A program made the translations under genes and the position numbers. This document shows, piece by piece, positions 53,057-62,016 of a DNA stretch of 64,000 bases. A model generated the notes under the pieces. That model was not told the DNA's origin, made no database searches, and worked only from the letters and a program-made list of their open reading frames with translations. This DNA comes from Candidatus Rifleibacteriota bacterium (lineage in GTDB: Bacteria > Muiribacteriota > Ozemobacteria > Ozemobacterales > Ozemobacteraceae), in assembly GCA_017417215.1 (NCBI GenBank), contig JAFPZP010000090.1, positions 294 to 64,293 of the forward strand, in the 5' to 3' direction. Each line of letters opens with the position of its first letter. Position 1 is the first letter of the stretch.

Positions 53057-54739
53057 TTATTCTACTATAATTCTACCTTGAGGTTTTTCATAGGCTGAAA
53101 AGTCGCCATTTAAATGCTTGAAATAATCAATATAAGCCTGAGTTACGTGAATTGAACAATCTTCCAATAGTTTGTGATTACAGAAGATGTTTATGCCGTC
53201 GCCACTTTCTTTGATTAAATAATCAGTTGCAACAACTATATAGTTTTTATTGGGGTCTATTGGAACGTATTCACCGTTTTCTAACACCATAACATCTTTA
53301 ACTCTACGAGGACCATTGACTTTTTCAAACATTCCATTATCGTCAACAATTACGTATGAGGGGTGTGAAGTATCTATTTTGCACTTAAGTCCTGAAACCT
53401 GAAGGAAACCTCCAAATTCACCAACAGACCATTTACCGTCTACTGTAACAACGTTCATTGTCTTTCTGTAAGACATTTCAAGAGTGTCTAGAATTTCCTG
53501 ACCAGTTGCGCTGATTTTGCAAATCATGTTGTTAAAACCGTTTACATCTTTTAAATCACCCAGTGTTACAGTTCCCTTTTTGATGTCTGCTCTAATGGAA
53601 CCGCCGTTGAAAAACGCAATATCTCCTTTGCTGGAGTATAAAAGTGCGTCTGTGCACCAGTCTCCAAGGTTGGTTTCGCGGTTTCTTATAAGTCTGACAT
53701 ATTTTTCGTCATACATTGATAAGTGGGCGGTTGCTGTTCCTATAACTTTTCTTAATTCAGCATTATAAGTTGATCTGATACTAGATATGAATTCGCCTAA
53801 TTCTTTTTCTTTATTTTTATAATCTGTTATAAGTCTGGCTGAAATACCTTTTGGGGAAATAGTCATTTCGCCTAAGTTTCTTAGTTTTTCACCTGTAGAA
53901 GAAAGAATAACGTCTTTCCCTTCTTTGTTTTTAACAATCATGCAGGGAATAACGCTATGGGAATGCCCGTCCAATACTGCATCAACACCGGTAGTATTTG
54001 ATATAAGGTTGATGGAAGTATAAGGTTCATAACCGTTGCCTACACCAAGATGGGCAATAACGACAACATAATTTGCCCCTTCTTTCTTACAGTCATCTAC
54101 AGATTTCTGAACTGTTTCAAAAAGATCTTTGCCGTTTAAGTGGCTTTTGAAATCATAAACGAATCTGCCGTTTTCCTGAAAGTAAACAGGAGTAGAAGTG
54201 TTTATGGAACCAGGAGTTGTAACACCAACAAAGCCCACTTTGGTGTTTCCAAAAGTTAAAACAGTATAAGAAGCGGTTTTTGCAAGAGCATTACCATAAC
54301 TGCCATCATAGGATATATTGCAGTTTAGATATTTAGCATTAGAACGACTAATAACGGTTTTTAAGGAACCCATACCATAATCGAACTCGTGGTTGCCAAG
54401 TATTGCTAAGTCATAACCGGCTTTGTTCATCATATCGACGATGAATTCACCCTGGTCTATGGTTCCTATATGTTCACCTTGAATAGCATCTCCGCAGTCT
54501 ATTAATAATACATTAGGGTTAGTTTTTTTCAGTTCTTCTTTATAGGCGGCTACCCCTGAATAACCTATGTATTGGTCTACATAGCAGTGAACATCGTTGG
54601 TATAGAGAAGAATAATCTCGTCTGTAGGATTAGAAAAACTGCTATTCTGACTACTGTTATATTGATAATAGCAGACTATGGCAACTATAACCAATGCTAT
54701 AACAGTAATAATATACTCTGAGTAATGCTTCTTTTTCAT
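53057..54739 (-). CDS. Membrane-anchored bifunctional metallophosphatase / 5'-nucleotidase
   Basis: Metallophosphoesterase motifs DVH, DCGDAIQG, GNHEFD and GHSH, plus a C-terminal 5'-nucleotidase substrate-binding domain. N-terminal TM segment. Confidence 0.8.
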   Translation of the reverse strand: MKKKHYSEYIITVIALVIVAIVCYYQYNSSQNSSFSNPTDEIILLYTNDVHCYVDQYIGYSGVAAYKEELKKTNPNVLLIDCGDAIQGEHIGTIDQGEFIVDMMNKAGYDLAILGNHEFDYGMGSLKTVISRSNAKYLNCNISYDGSYGNALAKTASYTVLTFGNTKVGFVGVTTPGSINTSTPVYFQENGRFVYDFKSHLNGKDLFETVQKSVDDCKKEGANYVVVIAHLGVGNGYEPYTSINLISNTTGVDAVLDGHSHSVIPCMIVKNKEGKDVILSSTGEKLRNLGEMTISPKGISARLITDYKNKEKELGEFISSIRSTYNAELRKVIGTATAHLSMYDEKYVRLIRNRETNLGDWCTDALLYSSKGDIAFFNGGSIRADIKKGTVTLGDLKDVNGFNNMICKISATGQEILDTLEMSYRKTMNVVTVDGKWSVGEFGGFLQVSGLKCKIDTSHPSYVIVDDNGMFEKVNGPRRVKDVMVLENGEYVPIDPNKNYIVVATDYLIKESGDGINIFCNHKLLEDCSIHVTQAYIDYFKHLNGDFSAYEKPQGRIIVE

Positions 54740-54827
54740 AATTGCTATATTTTATTATTATTTTATTGTTTTGACAATTATTTTATATATACAGGCAAAG
54801 ATTAATACTTATAATTGCTAATCTTTT

Positions 54828-56432
54828 TTAGTAGATTTTTAAGATTCTTGCTTCTGGGAAATAGTGTTCCAGTATTTGCTTGTAGGTATAACCTGAGCCA
54901 GCCATGGATTGAGCACCAGTTTGACACATTCCTACTCCATGACCGAAACCAGCGCCTTTAAGTTCGGCAGAAACTATATACCCTTCTTTGTCTTTTTCGT
55001 ATTCAGCAATAAAGCAAGAACTGCGTAACCCACCAAATAGTTGGCGTATTTCCAGTTCGTTGATAAATACCTTTGTTCCTTCAGAACCGGTAAATGTCAT
55101 TTCAAATATACGTCCTGAAACGTCTCTTTTCCCTATTGAAATGCTTTTTATCTTGCCTATTTCTGCTTTTTCTACAATTTTTTTCCAATCGTCTTTAGAT
55201 ATGCTTTTTTTCCATCGGTATTTATCGGCACCTTCAAAGCCTTTTTGACCACACCAGGAATTAGGAGGATTAGTGATGTATTGCTTTACTTCTTGCTCAT
55301 TGGTTAAATCGCGTTTCTTGGTGCCTTTTTCATCTGAAACACCTTGAAGATGTGGGTTGGGGAAACCTATCCAGATATTCTGATTAGCAGAAGTGTGTCC
55401 GCCGCAGTTAGAGCTGTATACTGCATCAAGAATCTTGCTATATTCCTTCATCATTAAGATAACGCCAGTGGTATCTTTTATTTTTTCAGCAATAGTCGGA
55501 GCTATTTTTTGATAGCCTTTATATACCTGGCAGTGCTGTTCAGAACAGTAGTCATAGCCGGTATTAACATGTCTGAGGCCTTTTTTAGACATTATTTCTC
55601 CTCGTGCTGCGACAGCTTGAGCTTCCATTGCTGCTTGAGGGGCTTTTGAAGAAATTTCAGATGGAACGACACCAACTAAAAGATCTTCCAAATTAGTTAC
55701 TTCAATAACTTCCAAACAATCGTCGAATCCAAAGTTAACTTTTAGAGTCCCCATATAGGTTCTGTTTTCAAAACCATGCCATGAGTAGCCTTTTGAGTGT
55801 TCAACATTTTTAAGGATTGTTCCCTTTACGCTTTTAAGAGTATAACCTTCATCACTACCGAAGGCACCAGTAAAATGTTGGCCTCCGCCACTCATATTTA
55901 GGCTTCCAGAAGAATTCATTATGTTTTCTATATATATCCAGGTCTTTATCTGTTTTGCTGCTAATGCTGCTTTTCTCGCTTCAGCTTTTTCTTTGTCCTT
56001 ATAAGCATCGATTCCTATATGTACTACTCTATTATCAGGCATTCCAGAAACTTTAGGGGCTTCACCAACACTTATTGTATGAGTTCTAAAGCCCATTTTC
56101 TGGTATTTTTCAGTAATGTCTATATATCTTTCCTGATCCATAAGGTCAACTGTAGCTACCATTAAATGGTATCTTTTCTCTGCTTCAGTGAGCAGTCCAC
56201 CTTCTATTCTATAGGTTACACCAGCTTCTAATTCACCGCTTGCAGCGTTTCCTAATTTCCATGTGCCACCTTCAGGCATCATAAACTCGAGGCAGTTATT
56301 TGTATATTGAGCTACTAATATTTTTATTTCTGGAGTTCTATTTGGATATCTTGCTGCGAATATGTTTTGAGCTGACATTATTATTAAAAAGGAAAGAAAC
56401 AAAGCGATTCTTTTATAACCTGAATTAATCAA
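54828..56432 (-). CDS. SpoIID/LytB-domain protein (second copy in window)
   Basis: LLVGVVPSEISSKAPQAAMEAQAVAARG, CSEQHCQVYKG, YSSNCGGHTSANQNIW, GHGVGMCQTGA. Confidence 0.8.
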   Translation of the reverse strand: MINSGYKRIALFLSFLIIMSAQNIFAARYPNRTPEIKILVAQYTNNCLEFMMPEGGTWKLGNAASGELEAGVTYRIEGGLLTEAEKRYHLMVATVDLMDQERYIDITEKYQKMGFRTHTISVGEAPKVSGMPDNRVVHIGIDAYKDKEKAEARKAALAAKQIKTWIYIENIMNSSGSLNMSGGGQHFTGAFGSDEGYTLKSVKGTILKNVEHSKGYSWHGFENRTYMGTLKVNFGFDDCLEVIEVTNLEDLLVGVVPSEISSKAPQAAMEAQAVAARGEIMSKKGLRHVNTGYDYCSEQHCQVYKGYQKIAPTIAEKIKDTTGVILMMKEYSKILDAVYSSNCGGHTSANQNIWIGFPNPHLQGVSDEKGTKKRDLTNEQEVKQYITNPPNSWCGQKGFEGADKYRWKKSISKDDWKKIVEKAEIGKIKSISIGKRDVSGRIFEMTFTGSEGTKVFINELEIRQLFGGLRSSCFIAEYEKDKEGYIVSAELKGAGFGHGVGMCQTGAQSMAGSGYTYKQILEHYFPEARILKIY

Positions 56433-56515
56433 TTGCTGTCTCCTTGTTGTTTTCTTTTGAAAAAATTATAACAAACCTTGATTTAAGCTTCAATAGTTAA
56501 AAACAAGGCAAAGTC

Positions 56516-57427
56516 TTAGATATATCCGGATTCGCCAAGTGCTTTATAAAGATAGCCATTGGCGTTTTTTAGAATAGTTTTAGCTTTTTCAGCATCAACA
56601 TCCAGTCTTGCCATAATGATAGCTACTTTCAGGTTGCCTTCAGCGTCAATAAGTTTGGCCTCTGCTTCGTAATTTGGGATTCTTCCAGCTTCCATGACAA
56701 TTTTAAGGGCTCTTTTTTTCAGCTTGTTGTTGGTTGCCTTTACATCTACCATAAGATTTTCATAAACTTTGCCAAGTTTAATCATACTTATGGAAGAAAT
56801 CATGTTTAAGACCATCTTACAGGCTGTTCCACTCTTAAGTCTGGTTGAACCGGCTATAACTTCTGGACCTACGGCAACATTTATTAAAACATCAGCTTTA
56901 AAAAGTTCTCCATATGGGTTGCAGCATAATAAGACGGTTTTAGCTCCTAGACTTTTAGCATATTCCAGTGCTCCAACAACATAGGGGGTAGTTCCAGAGG
57001 CGGTTATTCCAACTAAGGTGTCGTTTTGGCAAAAATTAATTTTTTCTAAGTCCTTCTTACCACCTGATTTATCGTCTTCGGCTCCTTCAATAGCGTCTCT
57101 TAATGCTTTGTCACCACCAGCGATAATTCCTATTACCATATCTGAGGGAACACCAAAAGTAGGTGGACATTCTGACGCATCTAAAACTCCAAGTCTTCCA
57201 GAAGTTCCTGCACCAATGTAAACAAGGCGGCCTCCTTTAGCCAGGGAAGCATAGGCATAATCTGCTGCCACTGAAATACTATCCTGACAGGCTTCAACGG
57301 CACGATGAACTGCTAAATCTTCCTGTATGAAACTTTTTACAGCATCTCGTGTACTGACTCTGTCTATATATAGTGTACGCGGGTTTCTAGTTTCTGTTAG
57401 TGCTTGTATTTTTTCTTTATTGTTCAT
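56516..57427 (-). CDS. murQ: N-acetylmuramic acid 6-phosphate etherase
   Basis: SIS-domain MurQ signature RLVYIGAGTSGRLGVLDASECPPTFG and STRLKSGTA. Confidence 0.9.
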   Translation of the reverse strand: MNNKEKIQALTETRNPRTLYIDRVSTRDAVKSFIQEDLAVHRAVEACQDSISVAADYAYASLAKGGRLVYIGAGTSGRLGVLDASECPPTFGVPSDMVIGIIAGGDKALRDAIEGAEDDKSGGKKDLEKINFCQNDTLVGITASGTTPYVVGALEYAKSLGAKTVLLCCNPYGELFKADVLINVAVGPEVIAGSTRLKSGTACKMVLNMISSISMIKLGKVYENLMVDVKATNNKLKKRALKIVMEAGRIPNYEAEAKLIDAEGNLKVAIIMARLDVDAEKAKTILKNANGYLYKALGESGYI

Positions 57428-58370
57428 AATTTGCTTCCTTACTAAATTCCTTTAATATTTCAGAGGCTTCTTTGTTTGTACGAGAATAACAAAATAAAGG
57501 TCCAAAATTCAGAGAAATATTCTTATCTTTCCAAATTAGCTGTACCCCTAGTTTTTCACATGAAACATTTAGAAGATTTTTAAAAAATTTCCAATTATCC
57601 CATAAACCACCTGAACCACATATTTTTGGAGATTCTAATTCTAGATAAGAAATCATTGAAGAAATAGATTGGCTTAGTTTCTCTATAGAATTGTTTATTA
57701 TTTCTTTAGCAGTAGGTTCCTTCTTTTCAAAGGCTCTAATTAAGTCTATTGAGTAGCTTCCTAAGTAATTCTGTATGGAAGGGGCAGAATAGATTTTGTT
57801 AAGGAGTTCCTCTCTTCCAATAGAACCATATTTTTTTGCGAAATCTTCTGAATAATACAAATGTTTTTGGCTTCCTTCCAAACCCATTAAAACGCTTTCT
57901 ATGTATTTTTTGCCGAAAAAACCACCGGATGGTGTTTCATCAAAAAGATAGCCCCAACCGCCAAGCCTGATTTGCTTTTTCCCTTTAACACCAAAAAGAA
58001 TTGAACCAGTGCCGTTAATGGATAGTATTCCGTCTTCTCCTTTTAAAAAGGCGGCATGATTGCATAAAAAATCCGGGTAAATTTCTATATTACCTATAGA
58101 CTTAGTTAAATTGCGAAAGCTGTTGATTACTCTGTCGGCTGTTTTGTCATTGCTAACACCAGCGGCTCCTATAAGTAAAGTTATATTGGAATTATCCTTC
58201 GGATTTATTTCTTTTATAACGTTTTTGCAAATTTGTGACAGGTTTTCATCCGTAAGAAGTTTTAGATTGCAGGAAGGCAGTTCAAATTCTTTTGTCGATT
58301 TATCTGGGGTAAGGATAACTCCGCTAAGGTGAGTGCCGCCCCAATCAATTGAAACGTAAGTTTGGTTCAC
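57417..58370 (-). CDS. BadF/BadG/BcrA/BcrD-type sugar kinase (GlcNAc/MurNAc kinase-like)
   Basis: ASKHA-fold motifs SIDWGGTH and INGTGS. Overlaps murQ by 11 nt. MurNAc kinases of this family are known next to murQ. Confidence 0.65.
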   Translation of the reverse strand: MNQTYVSIDWGGTHLSGVILTPDKSTKEFELPSCNLKLLTDENLSQICKNVIKEINPKDNSNITLLIGAAGVSNDKTADRVINSFRNLTKSIGNIEIYPDFLCNHAAFLKGEDGILSINGTGSILFGVKGKKQIRLGGWGYLFDETPSGGFFGKKYIESVLMGLEGSQKHLYYSEDFAKKYGSIGREELLNKIYSAPSIQNYLGSYSIDLIRAFEKKEPTAKEIINNSIEKLSQSISSMISYLELESPKICGSGGLWDNWKFFKNLLNVSCEKLGVQLIWKDKNISLNFGPLFCYSRTNKEASEILKEFSKEANYEQ

Positions 58371-59194
58371 TGAATTGCTCCTTTTCTCATGCCTTCAAGC
58401 ATATATTTTGAGAAGAACAGGAATATAATTACCATTGGAACGGCAGAAAGGGTTGCTCCTGCCATTAATAAGCCGTAATCCATGGCTTGCTGGTCTTGCA
58501 GGGTCGATAAGCCAACAGACAGAGTGTAGTACTTCTCAGAATTAAGGGTGACTAATGGCCATAGAAAAGCATTCCATTCGGTTATAAAGGTAAAAATGGC
58601 TGAGGTTGCCAAAATTGGCTTTGAAAGTGGGAAATAAATGTCAGAATATAACTGAAATTCGCTGGCACCATCTATTCTAGCTGCTTCGCACATTTGCACT
58701 GGAATTGAATCCATATATTGTCTAATCATGTATATACCAAATGGTGCCGCCATAGAAGGAAGTATTACTGACCAAAGACTGTCTACTAACCCCCATTTTG
58801 CCATAAACAGAAAAAGGGGAAGCATAACAATCTGACCAGGAACCATCATTGCTGCCAAAAGAACCATAAATAATGATTCTCTTCCTTTAAACTTGCCAAC
58901 TGAAAAGCCAAAAGCAGCTAACGAATTAAACACTGTCTGAGCTATTGTTATGGCTGAGGCAACAAGAAAAGAATTTAAAGCCCATCTTAATATATGACCA
59001 GCTCCTAGAAGCATTTTGAAGTTTTCTAGTGAGAAAACACCATAGCGTGGTGGGGTAGAGGTTAAAGCTTCTTGTGAAGTAAAGGCTGTAATCAGCATAA
59101 AGATTAATGGTCCGCAGGTTAGGATTAATCCTAGCGATAGCAGTATTATAGATATTTTAGAATATAATTTATGTTTCATTTTAATAGCTTTCAA
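58367..59194 (-). CDS. ABC sugar transporter permease (MalG/UgpE-like)
   Basis: Six TM-like segments and EAA loop EAARIDGASEFQLYSDIYFPLSKP. Confidence 0.85.
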   Translation of the reverse strand: MKAIKMKHKLYSKISIILLSLGLILTCGPLIFMLITAFTSQEALTSTPPRYGVFSLENFKMLLGAGHILRWALNSFLVASAITIAQTVFNSLAAFGFSVGKFKGRESLFMVLLAAMMVPGQIVMLPLFLFMAKWGLVDSLWSVILPSMAAPFGIYMIRQYMDSIPVQMCEAARIDGASEFQLYSDIYFPLSKPILATSAIFTFITEWNAFLWPLVTLNSEKYYTLSVGLSTLQDQQAMDYGLLMAGATLSAVPMVIIFLFFSKYMLEGMRKGAIQ

Positions 59195-59727
59195 TTTTCA
59201 TTGTTTTGTTCATTTGGCTGATTTGTATTATTGTTTTCCTTAGATTTTTTTGATTTAGAAAACACTTTAACTAATAAGCTTATGAGCCAAATCCAGGCTG
59301 CTAGAAGAATAATAATTTGGGAAGCATACTCATACGTTTTGTTTTTTCTATATTGCAAAATATCTTTTAAGGTTTCTGCAAATTCAGGTGAGGGTTTTAA
59401 TTTCTCGGGGTCCATTCCACCATGATATTCGCAATAAACATCATGCCCATTCATTTTATATTCGCATTTTTGTTCTGGTTTTTGTGGTTTTGATTTTAAA
59501 TATTTTTCTGTAATTAAAAGATTTTCTGTGTTTTCATCATATTTTTCTATAGCGGTTTTATGGTCCATGTTATACATTTCTATGGCATTCATAATAACAC
59601 GTTGATTTGATAAACAAGCTTTATATCTAGCTTCAGTTCGTGATTTTGTAAGGGCTGAAGCCGTATTGCAAATAAAGAATAATAATATAAATAAAATGAT
59701 AACGGGTTTTAATAATATATTCTTCAT
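59191..59727 (-). CDS. Small bitopic membrane protein with pseudopilin-like globular segment
   Basis: ATG 59727 overlaps the upstream stop (ATGA). MKNILLKPVIILFILLFFICNTASA...ARYKACLSNQRVIMNAIEMYNMD...CEYK..VYCEYHG resembles the body of PulG/ComGC-type pseudopilins but lacks the prepilin cleavage motif. C-terminal TM plus an Asn-rich tail. Confidence 0.55.
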   Translation of the reverse strand: MKNILLKPVIILFILLFFICNTASALTKSRTEARYKACLSNQRVIMNAIEMYNMDHKTAIEKYDENTENLLITEKYLKSKPQKPEQKCEYKMNGHDVYCEYHGGMDPEKLKPSPEFAETLKDILQYRKNKTYEYASQIIILLAAWIWLISLLVKVFSKSKKSKENNNTNQPNEQNNEN

Positions 59728-61964
59728 GCTAAGTATTCTGCCTCTTGATTTGTGAGCTTCTTTTGGATTAAGGTTATAACCATTATTGCGATAAATAGAA
59801 TAAGAGCCATTGCTGAGGATAAACCAAAGTCGAAGTCTCTGAAAGCTGAGGTATAAACTCTGTAAACTACTACCTGAGTTGAAATTCCTGGTCCGCCATC
59901 GGTTAGCATCATGACTTGTGCAAAGACTTGAAGAGCAGAGATTGTTCCTGTTATTAAAAGAAAAGTAGTGGTATTTTTCAGAAGTGGGACAGTTATATAC
60001 CACCATTTTTTTATAGGTCCTGCTCCATCTAAATCTGCTGATTCATATAATGAAGTTGGAATATTACCCATGGCGGCCAAATAAATAAGCATTGCTCCGC
60101 CTGGAGATTTTATAATTCCTGAAATCATTACAGACCAGAAGGCTATAGAGGGGTTGGTAAGCCAACCGACTGGTTCGAAGCCTAAAGAAGTTAATACTGT
60201 ATTAAAGAGCCCTAATTCGGTGTTGAACATATAACGCCAAACCATTGTTAATACAACGACTGAAGCAACTCCTGGCAGGTAGTAGGCAGCGCGGAAAAAT
60301 GATTTAATCTTGCCTTTCATACCATAAATCATGCTTGCAATTACTAAGGCTGTCAGTGTGTTGGCTGGAACAACTATTAGAGTGTAGATTAAAGTATTCC
60401 AGCAGGCTTTTACAAATTTAGGGTCATTAAATGCTCTGATGAAGTTTTCAAGGGTAGCTCCACCGACTTCACCTATTTTATAGTTCCTGAATGCTAATAA
60501 AAGAGCATCTGAAAGCGGGTAGAACAAGAAAAGACCGATTAATGTTACCGCAGGAATTATCATTATAAGATGAGTTTGTCTAGATGCTAAGGCAAAGATA
60601 AAGGCAAGTATGGAAATAATAGCTATTGATTTTGCAAATAGACTGCTTTCTCTGATATCGTTACAGATAGAGCCATTTTCTAAAGATAAAAATCTGTTTA
60701 TGTTTTCTCCAGTTTTCTCCATTCCTTCTTTTACAGGCAATTCTCCGAGTAAAATTCTTTGAATGTTTGCTTCAAATTCTTCATCTATTTGTGGCCAACG
60801 ACTGTCTGGAAATACAGAACAGCCTTCCTGTAAAATCTTCCAGGCTGCCGACATGTGCGGATTGGAAGCATATATATTGCCTGTAGCTGCTCTTGTTGGA
60901 AATTGAGTGTATTTTACTAAGTCTTTCTGGTTTTCAGCGTTTGTCAGAAACTTTGCCAGCTCCATAGCAAGTTTTACTCGGTTTTTATCTTTGTTTTTGA
61001 ATACGTATAAACCCGAGGTTCCAATGTAAGAATGACTAGTTTTGCTTGAATCTTCGGTAGGGAAGTGAACAACCTGAAAATCCATTTTAAACTTTGATTC
61101 TAAGGCTTTAATACCCCAAAGTCCTATTGCAGCAACGCCTATGCGATGATTAACTCCGAAGGCTGTCCATATGTCATTGGCGGTTTTGCCACCACTATCT
61201 GCTGGAATGAGTTTCTCATCAATAAGATGTTTTATCCATTCTATACCTTTGATAAATTCAGGATTTGAACCTGCAAATTTACCGTCTTCTGTTATGATTT
61301 CTCCTCCAAAAGCCTGTAAAAATGGAAAGTTTGCAGTTTCATCCTTTTGAAAATAAATACCTAATGGGAAATTTGCTGGTTTATCAGCCATATATTTCTT
61401 GAGCTTTTGGAGCTTTTCTTCAAATTCACTTATTGTCCAGCGACCATTGGTTGGAAGCTCAACTCCAGCAGAGGCAAAAATCTCTTTGTTTATATACAGC
61501 AATTGACCGCCCATATACCAAGGCCAGCCGTAAATCTTGCCTTTAACTTTAAAAGCGTTCAGAGCGCCTTGGAAATAGTCTTTTTTGTCTTCATCAGTTA
61601 GATATTCGTCAATAGGTTCTATCAGATCTTCTTTAATAAAGAGCAATGGAACTGTGCCTGGTGCAATGTCTGGATAATTCCCGCTGATGGCTGCTATTTT
61701 CAGCTTTTCGTAGCCTCGTTGCCAAGTAAGTCTTGTTAACTCAACCTTTACTTCTGGGTGAAGTTGCTCAAACTCTTTTATTTTTCGGCTTATCCAGGAA
61801 AATCTGTCTAAAGATTTTTCGTTTTCAAGCCATCTAGGAAAATCCCAAATCTTTATAGATATTTTGTCATCATTACAAGCCTCAGCAAGAGCTGTGGCAA
61901 TCCCATATTTGAATAGTATTATCACTAAAATAAATAATACTAAGCATATTCTTTTTTTATTCAT
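59724..61964 (-). CDS. Fused ABC extracellular solute-binding protein (family 1) and permease (MalF/UgpA-like)
   Basis: The N-terminal approximately 440 aa look like an SBP_bac_1-type sugar binding protein (signal peptide; WDFPRW; GKIYGWPWYMGGQLLYINKEIF). The C-terminal approximately 300 aa are a permease with EAA loop ESADLDGAGPIKKWWYITVPLLK. One uninterrupted ORF. Confidence 0.8.
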   Translation of the reverse strand: MNKKRICLVLFILVIILFKYGIATALAEACNDDKISIKIWDFPRWLENEKSLDRFSWISRKIKEFEQLHPEVKVELTRLTWQRGYEKLKIAAISGNYPDIAPGTVPLLFIKEDLIEPIDEYLTDEDKKDYFQGALNAFKVKGKIYGWPWYMGGQLLYINKEIFASAGVELPTNGRWTISEFEEKLQKLKKYMADKPANFPLGIYFQKDETANFPFLQAFGGEIITEDGKFAGSNPEFIKGIEWIKHLIDEKLIPADSGGKTANDIWTAFGVNHRIGVAAIGLWGIKALESKFKMDFQVVHFPTEDSSKTSHSYIGTSGLYVFKNKDKNRVKLAMELAKFLTNAENQKDLVKYTQFPTRAATGNIYASNPHMSAAWKILQEGCSVFPDSRWPQIDEEFEANIQRILLGELPVKEGMEKTGENINRFLSLENGSICNDIRESSLFAKSIAIISILAFIFALASRQTHLIMIIPAVTLIGLFLFYPLSDALLLAFRNYKIGEVGGATLENFIRAFNDPKFVKACWNTLIYTLIVVPANTLTALVIASMIYGMKGKIKSFFRAAYYLPGVASVVVLTMVWRYMFNTELGLFNTVLTSLGFEPVGWLTNPSIAFWSVMISGIIKSPGGAMLIYLAAMGNIPTSLYESADLDGAGPIKKWWYITVPLLKNTTTFLLITGTISALQVFAQVMMLTDGGPGISTQVVVYRVYTSAFRDFDFGLSSAMALILFIAIMVITLIQKKLTNQEAEYLA

Positions 61965-62016
61965 TTTTTAACGCTTCTTATAAAATAAGTTTGCTTAGTA
62001 TTATATAAGTTTAATG

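Noticed and set aside
59728-60006. N-terminal 93 aa of track ORF 59191..60006
   Set aside because: It overlaps the permease C-terminus in another frame. The real gene starts at ATG 59727, which overlaps the upstream stop (ATGA) and begins a signal-like hydrophobic segment.
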